From Octopus bimaculoides (taxonomy: Eukaryota), in contig NC_068993.1 in assembly GCF_001194135.2 (NCBI RefSeq), positions 23,753,006 through 23,817,005 of the forward strand: a DNA stretch of 64,000 bases, in the 5' to 3' direction. The notes under the pieces were generated by a model. It was not told the origin of the DNA. It searched no databases and saw only the letters and a list, made by a program, of their open reading frames with translations. The position numbers were made by a program, and so were the translations under genes. Shown here piece by piece: positions 47,717-59,428 of the stretch. Each line of letters starts with the position of its first letter. The first letter of the stretch is position 1.

Positions 47717-50700
47717 TACATACATGATGGCTGTCCACTCGTGACCGAGGAAGTCTATTGCTGACATTTAAGAACATTGTGCCTACTAGGACGAACTTAT
47801 ATTTTGAATCTGAGGCTCCGTTGGTGGCTAAAGTGCCCTGCTCTTGAAAAGAATACACGACTGCAAACATTGCAAGCCAAGATTTTCCCATTCACTACGC
47901 TAGTAGTGTGCTTTCAAGTAACACGCTTAAATGTTTCATGAAGAATACGTACTTTTTCAAAGGTGTTGCCCCCACTCCTTAACCTGCTTCCTCCTTCTGT
48001 GACGGTGATAGGTATTGCTCTCCCAATCGGTCTCCTGCATATCACAGGCCTTTAATGAGGACTTGACACTTTCCTTAAATCGCGGCCTTACCTTAGTTTC
48101 CTGCCGGGGTCTCTATCCACTAACAAGTTCCCCTATAGCATCTGTTTAGGGATCCTGCTATCCTTCACGTAACTGGTGTTTGTGCACCATCGCCTCATTA
48201 CGCCAGATATCAGCTTTCCTCAAGACTTGTGTGTCTGGAGTTTTTACGGTCTAGCCAACATTCAGAATGTGTCTCAGACATCTCTGATGGAAGAGTTCAG
48301 TGTCCTTTACATGAGTAAGCGAGCGATGTCAGTACGCATGCATAGTGCACAGCAATTTTTGTTTGCCATGTAATGCCATTGTGGGACCAGACACGAGACT
48401 CAAGAGACCGGAAGGAATCGATTGCACTCTGCAGCCTGAAAGATATTTCATCATCCAGGAAGCAAGAACGGCTGAGTGTGCTTCCCAGGTAGACAAACTT
48501 GTCTACCACTTGCAGTGTTGTTCCTTCAACCAAGGTAGCTGGTTCAACATATGGATATCCTGGTACAGACTGGAACATTACAACAGTCTTATCCAGGCTA
48601 ATGCTGAGTCCAAATGCCTTCCAAGAAGCAGAAATACGATTCATAACTATTTGCATTTTATCCATCATATGAGTGACTAAGTCACAGTCATCTGCATAAA
48701 GGAGGTCAAGAATAATAAGAGACTCGAAAACTTTTGAATTGGCAGCAAATCGGCGGAGATTAAAGAGGCGCCCAGCAGATCGATACTTGACATTTTCTCA
48801 GAGAGCTAACATTAGCAAAAGCATGAGTAAAAGCAGTAGCAAAGTACAAAGAAAAGAAAGTTGGGGCAAGTATGTCACCCTGATTGAGACCATTCTCTTT
48901 AGGAATGGGTCCCGCCATGCCACTACCAACAGTGACCTAAGCCTCCATTCCGTCATGAAATGATTTAATTATAGATACAAGATGATCCGGACATCCAAGT
49001 TTACCAAGTATTTTCCGTAGCAAGGCCCTATTCGCAGTATCAAAGGCCTTGGTTAGCTCAATGAATACCTGGATAAGATCTATATTCTGCTCATAGGATT
49101 TCCTCTGCATCTGTTTTGCTGTGAAAATCATATCTATTGTCCTTCTTCCAAATCGGAAGCTACATTGAGATTCAGATAGGACATCATTTACGAGACACCC
49201 ATTCAGACGGGTAAGAAGAATATTTGCCAGAACCTTGCCAGCAGTAGATAGTAGAGCAATACCTCTGTAGTTAACACACATTATTCTGGTTCCTTTTCCT
49301 TTATAGAGAGGAAGGATAATTGTATCCTTCCAGCCCTTAGGGCATTGCGCCAGACTACACTGATAAGTTCCTGAAGGGACTGTATGATGTAATAACCACC
49401 AAATCGCAAAACCACAGCACAAATTCTATCCTTTCCAGGTGCCCTACCAATATTCAATTTACTTATTGCTATCGTTACCTAAGGAATCAATGATAGGTCT
49501 TTGTTGCATAGTATCAATCACTGTTTCATCCACAATTGACTCGTAGTTTAGGTGTTCAAAGAAGTAGTGCATCCAGTGACTTGTGATTTCTTTTGAATTG
49601 GTAAGTACAGTAGAAGATTCATTGGAAAGCAAAGGAGGTGATACATAGATTTTAGGCCCATAGACATACTTCATAAGATGGTAAACATTCTTGCTGTCAT
49701 ATCCATCAACAGCAGCCTGAACATCACGCGCAAGATCCTCCCACCAAGTGTTCTGCATCTTCATAAGAGATCACTGCAGTAGTGATTTTACACTGCTATA
49801 GTGAGCAAGTGCTAGATTTTACTGCACAGCTGAAAGTCCTCTATGCAGCAATACATTGTGGGCATATGCGCTTCACAACTAATAGTCGCTGAACGTCAGC
49901 ATCATTTTCATCAAACCTCTCTCTGTGTCAAGCAGTAGCATATCCCAGTGTTTCAGCAGCACATTGAAGAACCACATTGAAGATTTCGAAAATTTTCCCA
50001 TATTGTAGTATTTGCAATGCTGCACAGGCGAGTCTAAAGCTGTTTCCTCAACACAGCATCATACATCTTGTGGACATTCAGACGCCGAGGAATGTCAACT
50101 GGCCCTCTTCTTTTTCACTCTAATCCGGAACTTTGCTCGCACCAGACTGTGGTCTGTCCAGCATTCCGATACATGAAAGGACTTGACGTTATAAATGTCA
50201 TAGCTCTCACGCTTGCGGATGATGACATAATCCAGCAAGTGACGAACTTTAGACCTTGGATGCATCGATGTTGTTGTGGGATCACTTTTGTCCATAAAAT
50301 GACTGCTTGCAACGTAGAGTCCATGTTCATCGCAAAGCTCAAGCAGCATAATAGCATTGCTATTAATTTTCCCTACAGAATTGCTAGAGAATTCCATGTT
50401 TCTTCGTTTGTTCCAACCCTATCATTGAAATCCAGGTAGAATGACTTTATCAGAACTGGGTATTGTCTTAAATATGGCTCTCAGATGGGTATAAAATATT
50501 GTTTTATCTTCATCACAACTATTCAAAGTAGGTGCGTATGCACTTATTAGAGTAGCAAATCTCCCACCTTTCAGGTGCAGTCGTAATCATTAGACGTTCA
50601 TTTAGAGGAACAGAAAACTGCTCAAACTTCTTAAGGATATCAGATCAAACTGCAAGCCAACACTAGACTCTATTCGCTCCTCATTCAGTTTCCTCTTTCA

Positions 50701-51856
50701 AAAAGAGGTGTATCCACCTCCTACTTCCTCAAGCTGACCATCACCTTCTATACGCGTCTCTGAAAGTGCAGCTATATCAATGTCATAACGGTTCAGCTTG
50801 TGAGCAACACTTGCAGTGCATTTTGAGGCCTACAATCACTCTTGTTATCCAAAAAGAGTGCGCATATTCCAACGTGAAATGTTCAAGTTCCATCCAGATT
50901 TTGTAAAAAAAACAAGTCTCTGTTTTTCGAGCGCAAGGTGGACATCTGTCAGTCGCGCTAAACTGACCAGATATAGAAAGACAGGCAATTTTTTATTCAC
51001 CTTTTCTAAAACCTCCGACTGAGCAGTACCCTCTCCAGATGGAGCTGCACAGACATCCATGCAGCAACCGAATCTTATCGCGACAAGGTGACGATTTTAT
51101 ATCTAGCATGGGCCGCCTAAGTGCAGGTCACTGACTACATACTTCGAACCTATCAGGTCTGCATGCCTCCCCACCTTCCCATCACCGCAAGACTCTCGAA
51201 TAAAAATAAAATAAATATATGGTAAAGATAAATAAATATATGCTAAAAATAAAGATGTACTGAAAATAAAATGAATATATATAGGGGGAAAAGTGGCACA
51301 TATCGAGCAGAGGTCAGCAATGCCAGTGCAGAGTTTTAGATCCAGTAAGGCTTCCACACCTCATAGTCCCTCTCCACTCTATCGACATTATCCAGAGACA
51401 AGGCAGAGTGACATGCCCGGTGCCAATATGAATCACAGGCCAAGAGACATGGGAGCGCCATGATATCTAGCTCAAACCAAAATCTTCGAAATATCCGATG
51501 CTATTCCCTACATATCTGGTTTTATATCAGAGTGACCTTCTCCTAGAGACATGCTTCAACAGAAGCTGAGGGGTGCTTCACTCTCAGTGGTCTTCTAGCA
51601 CGCCGGACACTATCCCGGAATTCCTGCCTACCCGTGCTATTCCTAGATAGACGTTGAACCTGCACTAGTTTCATTCGACCTTTCAATAGGTCTTGTTTTT
51701 TTTTCTGCCACCCTCCTCCCCAGGGTAGCCTGGTGGGGGTGCCAGTTTAGTCACCGACAACCCGACCATGTAACAGGCTGTACTGGATTCCATGTTACAA
51801 GTAGCACTTATGAGAGCCTCATAAGTGATGTGACATACATACATACATACATACAT
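47717..51856 (-). mobile_element. Near full-length RTE (BovB-like) LINE: 5' UTR, APE endonuclease, RT and 3' end; inactivated
   Basis: APE: LNISRWNMRTLLDN..., DIDIAALSETR, TLISAYAPTL, GDFND, LLDYVIIR..., CWTDHSLV. RT: NYRGIALLSTAGKVLA, ESQCSFRFGRRTIDMIF, ELTKAFDT, QGDILAP, YADD (reverse complement of 48687-48698), FVYLGSTL. Many stops and frameshifts. Flanked by TACATACAT (47717-47725) and (ACAT)6 (51833-51856). Confidence 0.92.
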
Positions 51857-52189
51857 AAATGGATATGATCGAGCGGAAAATGTATTACATCCATATAGAC
51901 AGTTTTTGTGAGGCTCTTTATTAAGATATATGTAATTCTTTATGAATTTAAAGTCTACAGTCCTCCAGAAAATGAATAATACTACAGCTTACAATATTAA
52001 TCATATAGGCGTGAAATTACGCGGCAGTATTTCATAGTTGTATTAGGTTATCACACATGAAATGTTGCATTTTTATTTAATTATTTGTTATTTCAGTCAT
52101 TTGAAATCTCAATTATGTATACCCTTGCTTTTAATTTTGACTCTTTCTCTTTTTAAACAATATTGGTATACAAAATTGATACCCCCGAC

Positions 52190-53130
52190 CCTAATGAAAA
52201 TGGTAACAACCAACCAATGTTGAGGGGTTTTCTTGTACAAACTGGGTCACTCTGCCGCAGAAGCTCCACATAATATTAAGCATGCTTTGGTAATGGTTTT
52301 ATTGGCATCAGAACTGTTCAGAGATCTCGTTCAGATGATAGCCTTGATAATGAACCAAGGGGGAGGCCAAAATAAATTACCCGGCGCGGTGGATTAAATG
52401 CTTCGGTTGAACAAAATACAGAAACAACAGTGCGAAAACTTTCATCAAACTCCAAACATCTCGCACAACTGTTTATCGACACCTGAAAAAACTGGATAGG
52501 TCACTTCCACATCAACCGGGCGAGATTAAAAAAAAAACAGGTGCCTTGATGAGTATTCCATATTGCTTTCTCGACTGGAGAAAAAAACATTTTTGCGTCG
52601 AGTCACTACAATGATTAGATGCACGAGAGTCACCTAAACACTACCGAAAACCACCATTGCACTCTAAAAATTAGTGGTAATTGTATGGTGGTCCGCAAAG
52701 GTTATTAATTATTCATTTTTGCAACAGGGATAAATGGTAACAGTAATATCGTATTGCTAGGAAACTGATGGTATGCATAAGAATTTGAAAAAGAAGCAAC
52801 CCGGACGAGTGAATAGAAATGGCCCAATCTTGCTCCACTGCAATTCACGTCCTCACACTTCTCAAGCTTCAGTCCAAAAGTTGTAAAGCCTGAACTATGA
52901 GATTTGGCAACATCCTCTCTATTACCCTGATATTTCTCCTACTTATTATCATTTATTTAAGCATTTTCAGCTTTTCATTCGCAAGAAAACATTCTTAAAT
53001 AGAGAAGAGGTAACTGAAGTAATCGGACGGTTTTTCACAGCAAATGATGACATTTTTTTTAAAGATGAAAAATATAACTTAGAGAAACGTTGGGTAATGG
53101 TTATAAATGAACATGGATCATATTTTGGTT
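52190..53130 (+). mobile_element. Degenerate mariner transposase relic
   Basis: VIVWWSAKG..NYSFLQQG, KKKQPGRVNRNGPILLHCNSRPHT, HPLYYPDISPTYYHLFK...LEKRWVMVINEHGSYF. Confidence 0.85.
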
Positions 53131-54058
53131 AAATAAATCAGTTCTTTAACACTTCTGAAATATTTTATTGTTACCTTTCTTGCATGACAACATAATATTT
53201 GCAAATACAACCGACACATGTACAATAAAAAGTGCACATGCAATACTTACTTAAGTTCTATAAATTCATACTAGCTGGGAGATAGTCGATGTTTTAAGCA
53301 TTCAATGGTGTAAATTGGAATAGTTGTACTAGACTTTTTATGGGGCCCAACTTGGTCCCACTGCTCTATTAGATGTTCTTCATACTATTTCTTCTATTTT
53401 TTTTAAGGCAAAGCTCCTCGACGTTGAATGGTATGGCTGATTAAAGTGATATTATAAGTACCGAATGTGAGTCTAGCGGAAGGTCTCTCCTGTTGCTGCT
53501 CTAAAGTCTTAAGACGTTTTCATTAATAGTGCCCTTAGAACATGTCAATTGACCAGTCGTCTTTTAAGGAAAATATTATCAACAATATATAGATATTTGC
53601 TAGGGATGCATCTGTATTACTTTTCCTATCCCTTTCTCCTTCTATCTCTCTCCGGTCTCATCAGTGTCTGGAATTCCTTTCCTTTCGCGTGACACATTTC
53701 TATATATTACTTCTCTATTTTAATACTTCAAAGAATTCCACTGATTCAGGTTGTACACGTCATGTTTTCTTCCAGGTTGCCACTGAGCATGTCGACATAT
53801 AAACTCGTTTCCCTATTTTTTCTGTCACATTATTTGTTATATTTGAAGGGAGTAAATCATTTACTGTGGGTGATGTGGCAAATATTTCTACTGTTATTTT
53901 GCAGCGGCACGTAAATTTTCTACATTTTTATGACATATATTGATTTATATGCGTATTGAATGGAAACACCAGAAGGAACGTTTGCTTGTAAAAAGTTTTG
54001 CTGGATTTTCCATTCACATGAGCAGTATTCCTATACAGTTTATATAAGTGTATATGTG

Positions 54059-54107
<49 letters not shown>

Positions 54108-55181
54108 TCTGTGGTTGCTTATTACAGTTTCTCTTACGTTTTGAACTAATCTGTTCAAGCAATCCAAAATTACGTTTGTATATTTTTTCGCAAATCTTTC
54201 AGAATTTTTTCCTGCATAAGTTCAATGAAACGGAAAGAGAACTATCATAGATTAAAGGCCGGTATATTTCATGTGCTTTGATATGTTTCACTAAGAGCGC
54301 ATTGTCCGTTCATGTCATTTAATTTCCTAATGTCTTCAGAAAGTTATAATTCCAAGATAATTTCGAATGAAAATGTCCTGACCTTAGAAAGAACTAAACC
54401 ATATATTGATCGCATGAATCTAATGTATCTTTGTTTCTGCAGTTACTTTGTCATTATATTGCTTTCTAACAGATGAAGGAAGGAGTACAAAGTTCTAATG
54501 TTATTTAAGTAGCTTAAACAGCATTTAAAAATATAATCAGCTAAGGTGCTTTAATTACCGAACGTACCATTCAATTAGAATTTGCTAGAATGTTGTAGCA
54601 TTTATTCTCAAACCAATTCAATATGAGGAAACTAATCATACAAAAACGTGCGGTATTGAATATTAATCAACTAAATGTAAAAAGACAATTTGATGGGTTC
54701 TTGGTTTACACAATAACAAACAATTCACTACATTATAGATAGAAATAGGATGCAAAGTGGATAATCAAAATGTGTGGAGCGTCATATATTTCAAATTCAT
54801 TTGATGAATATCTTTTATATTTAGGTAAGGATGATTTGCGAAACTCAGTTCAGCAATTTTTGCTCGATGGGCTCGACAATTAATTTAATGGTATTCTATG
54901 TCAGATGTCGATATTTTTTAGTTATTTAATGGCGGGAGGTAGCTTAATTATCTCCTTATTTCCATAAAAATAGCTCTGTCCAATACATCAATATGCAACT
55001 CTTTTACCACGCTGATATTTATCTACGACATCCTCATAGTTTAGATAAAGTTATCATATGGCCTTAAAAAAAGGTGGTTCCTTTGCCTTGTCTTCAGTCT
55101 GAAAATTAGTATCACTCATGTGTTGAAGAACCAGTAATGGTATTCTATCTGTCAAATCCTGGATGATTATCTGGTTACATG

Positions 55182-55225
<44 letters not shown>

Positions 55226-56111
55226 AAAGATAGAGAGGGAGAAAGAGAGAGAGAGAAGAAATTTGCAGGAAAAGAGAGAGAGAGCAAAGATATTTTACAT
55301 GCTGCCTGCGCGTGCATGAGTTAAAGAAATGATGTTGTAAGCTAATACTCTATACTTATTTGCAACTGACGGCTCTGGTAGTATTTGACTGGCTTAGATT
55401 GTTTTAAAAACATATTACAGAATATACCACAATAAAAATATTTCCGATTCTACAGTTTAACGGACAGATGTTAGATACAAATCTTTTCTAGGGTTATTTG
55501 CTTATGGTACAGTTATAGAACTTTGTAAAACTCCCAATGAACAGGTGAGATGGTGCAAATATCTATCAAATAAGTATTACATGTAATTTGATAATTACCG
55601 TCATATAATATTTCGTATACTAGATGATTTATTTAAGCAAGTCATGTGGTACAATCTAAATATATATATTTGTGTGTGTGAGTGTGTTTTTTAGTGTGTA
55701 TGTCTACGTATATGTGTATGCCCATACCCATACACACATACATACACACGCGCGCACAAACACATCAATTTTAGGGTAACTATCTCAAATTTTATCAGAA
55801 ATTTGAATGTGCACATGTTTTAATAGCAAGTAATGAAATAGAATTTTGCTGGAAGAAATTTTGTTGTGATAAACCATATTTGCATTAATTATTTCCAAAT
55901 TATGGTGCCATTATAGTTTGTAAAGCAATCTACTGAAACCCCTAGAGAATTTGAAAATTACTGCAAGAAAATCCAAAATCTGTATCACATTAAAAGCTTT
56001 TCTTCATAGTCTGTTTAAATTAAACATAAATTAGATAATAATGAACTGTCAATCAATTTTATATTCTAATATTTAAAAATATTTTTTTAATTTGGGCGTA
56101 CGAATATTTTG

Positions 56112-56212
56112 GAGGCACAGGCGTGTCTATGTGGCACCTTGGGCAAGTGTCTTTTGCTATAGCCTTCAGCTGATCAAAGACTTGTGATTGAAATTGATAC
56201 ATGGAAACCGTC

Positions 56213-56259
<47 letters not shown>

Positions 56260-56518
56260 NNNNNNNNNNGTGTGTGTGTGTGTGTGTGTGTGCGTGTGTG
56301 TGTGTGTGTGTTTGTATGTGTGTGTTTGTGTGTGTTTGTGTTTGCTGCTTCACAACCTCTGTCAGTGTGTTTAAATATCTGTAACTTAGCGGTTCGGGAA
56401 ACCGAACTGATAGAATAAGTATCAGGCTTCAAAAATTAAGTAGTAAATTTCTTCAAGGTGATGCCCCGACACGGCATTAATCTAATGACTGAAACAAGTA
56501 AAAGATAAAAGATAAATA
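56112..56518 (+). mobile_element. SINE family B with internal (TA)n/(TG)n tract and small gap
   Basis: GTGGCACCTTGGGCAAGTGTCTTTTGCTATAGCC, then microsatellite, then CTGTAACTTAGCGGTTCGG...ATAGAATAAGTA...AATGACTGAAACAAGTAAAAGATAAAAGATA. Confidence 0.85.
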
Positions 56519-57041
56519 CTATCAATATTTAGGCTGGACTAAAAGGAGCATGAAGTATAAAACAGTTGAATCATTTCTGCAATATGACTGCTTACTATGG
56601 GTGGTAGTTAATACGCATTCATTATAGTAGCGTCATATAAAATCGTTGTATTTACATATAATAATAATTAAATATTTCGTTAAGAATGGAGTTTTGATGT
56701 TGTTATAAAGGAATTTCTAATTTAAATAAAGTAATAAATATGTATGCCATTGAAATAAATATTTGGAAACACACAATTAGGCACATAAATGTCTGGAAAA
56801 TGCTCACATTTTAGCCATTATTTTCGGTTATTTGCTCTATAGCAATTGTGTAATATTACTAAGAAAACAACTTTTATTGAATTTTTACAGACAAAATTGA
56901 AAGATGTGAAACTAAGGTAACTATAGGAAATGACATTATTACATAATAAATAATTTATTGTTATATTGTTATATATGCTTTAAAGTAGATGATAAAAGAG
57001 TTTCACTATCACAAACCGAAACCAATGAAAACATTCTAATT

Positions 57042-57109
<68 letters not shown>
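57042..57109. repeat. (GTA)n microsatellite
   Basis: Direct reading. Confidence 0.97.
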
Positions 57110-57311
57110 TACTATTGCTGTTGTCTCATTTTTACCAATAGATCCTATTCATACATAAAATGTATATAACTGTTACCTTATATAAAAAGAGGGTGATTGC
57201 ACAAAGAATTGGTTGATTATGGAAAGCCCAGCTATATTTGGAAAATATATTTGAAGGAAGTATGAAAACAAATGAGGTGTTACACATAATCAGACACACA
57301 TTCAGACACAG

Positions 57312-57342
<31 letters not shown>

Positions 57343-58329
57343 TTTGCACCCGCTATAAGGGTAGTAAAATAGCCAGGCCGATACAGAGTCGGAAAACAAC
57401 AAATATACATAGATACTACTCAACTTACGGAAATTTTTTTCACAAAACAATGGTCATCCTGTGGTACTATAGAACATGGATGTAATTTTTAATAATATGT
57501 TTTCATTTCAATGTCTCCAGCTCAAATTTCTCATATTCAAATAAAACAATGATATATTTCAGGACGCACATTCAGGGTCAGATAGATTTTTCGCAGGATC
57601 CTGAATTTCAGATCCTTCGACGTGGAAGTATGCCTCATTGATTGTAAAATGCATCTGATTAAATTTCATGTTTAGCATCTTTTACCATTTTTCAGCTTTT
57701 GAAATTATTGTAACAGTCCTCAATTCCAGTACTACCCCAGCCAAAGTTACCTGTGGCTTTCTCCGCCAAAGGTGTTACTCTACTCCATAGCTAATTCTCT
57801 TTAGATTACTAAGGCAGAATTTCCGTTGATGGCATTGACCCTCAGAAGGTAATGAACAGTTGTCAGTAGTACGAATATCAATCGACCATTTTTATATTTA
57901 TTTCACCCACCTCCCACAAAGAAACAAATCTTACAAAGGCGATGGAACTCGCTCATTGCGAAAGTACATTTTCTGAAGTGCTGCAACAAACGCATGTCAG
58001 CACATTATTATCTACATTATACTAACCCTTCTTTATAGAGAAGTCCAACATCAGTTGAACTGTCTAAGCAGTAGAATGCTTTGCTTTTTAAAACAAACAC
58101 AAAACAAAAATGAAGAACAGGGTCTCTTAACTGGTCAACTCTAAATAGAACTAAATGAAGACTGGTAAAATTATAAGATTAGATTGGAAATAAAATCCTT
58201 TCACACTTTTCACATGCTCACTTTTGTGGGTATTTTTCCATGTTTCCCATATAATAAGCATTAATTTTTCTATACTCTGAAGTGTTTTTTTTTTTCTTTG
58301 ACGCAGATAATGTTGAATTTATCCTTTTA

Positions 58330-59280
58330 AAATGAGTTCAAACTCGATCTTTATCAGAACCTGCATGCCATTTGAATTCAAAATGAGCACTTCTACAATG
58401 GAATCGGTACGATATTTTCGTTATGTCTATGAAAATGAATCTTTATGTATCCGGGCATACCAACGATGGTTTGACCTTTTCTCCTCAGAAAATGCTTATC
58501 CCGCACATTCCCTTCGATCGGAACAGGCAAGTTCTGTCAATATTTATCTTCTAAAACATGTAGTTCAAGAAAACCCCAGAACGGCACGAGAATTAACAAA
58601 ACGATGCAATTCAAGTCAGGCATCATAAAACATGAAATATCTATGTGAACTGTGAAAAGTGCCTAAACTTGGCCTGTGAGTTTCACATCATCTGATTGCT
58701 TCTCAGCTTAATCGAAGTGTTGTACTGAAATCTTCATTACAAAATGAACATCGTACAGATATCTTCTTGGGTAGCCACTTCACAGGTGAAAAACGAATTC
58801 CGTTTATTCATTTTCAACGAAGCAACAATGGTTAGCACCCAATGAGAAAGGACGGTCCATGCCAAAACAGTGACTACAACTGAAAAAATACTGCACTGTA
58901 TTTGTTTGAATATTAAAGGTGTCGTCTTTCGTGAAGTGTGAAACCAAACGAAACAATGCTGTCAATTGGAAACATTCTATAATTATTAGCACAAAAAAAA
59001 CGTATTTATTATTTGTCACTCCTAAACGGACTTTGCTGAAGTATGATAAAGCAAAACCATATTTTGCCTATATCGCTCATGCAAAGATTATGGCACTATA
59101 TATGAAAGTTACTCATACCCCTTATACCCATTATCTTACTTCCGCCATCATTTCATTTTTCCACACCATTGCAGCAATATTTAGAGGTAAACTATTTTAT
59201 TAACTGTGAAAATATTGTGCAGTTATTTCTTTATTTGTTTTCAAATCTGAAGAATTTTACGCTCACGTGTGTTGTCAAAT
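58330..59280 (+). mobile_element. Old mariner transposase relic
   Basis: YQRWFDLFSSEN...RSEQ, VVQENPRTARELTKR, TGEKRI (cf. TGDEKWI), LLKYDKAKPY (cf. LLHDNARPH), HTPYT (cf. HPPYS). Confidence 0.65.
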
Positions 59281-59316
59281 AGATGGCATTATATTACCAA
59301 TAATATAGTCATGATG

Positions 59317-59428
59317 AACCTTTCGGAGTCGATAAATTTTGTACCAGTTGCGTACTGAGGTCGATCTAATCGACTGAGCTCCTCCCCAAAAAAATTTTCG
59401 GCTTTGTGTCTAGAGTAGAAAAGAATAT
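59317..59428 (+). mobile_element. SINE family A, 3' part
   Basis: CTTTCGGAGTCGATAAATTTTGTACCAGTTGCGTACTGAGGTCGATCTAATCGACTG...CTAGAGTAGAAAAGAATA. Confidence 0.8.

Noticed and set aside
53250-53600. Possible CR1 GVPQG-like relic on the minus strand
   Set aside because: Similarity is too weak.
53640-53675. CTGATGAGACC on the minus strand
   Set aside because: No complementary stem II or correctly placed GAAA/NUH, so it is not a hammerhead.
57805-57848. 44-nt plus-strand segment with TTCTCTTTAG acceptor and GTAATG donor
   Set aside because: Such signal pairs arise by chance; the peptide is unrecognised and no partner exon is visible.
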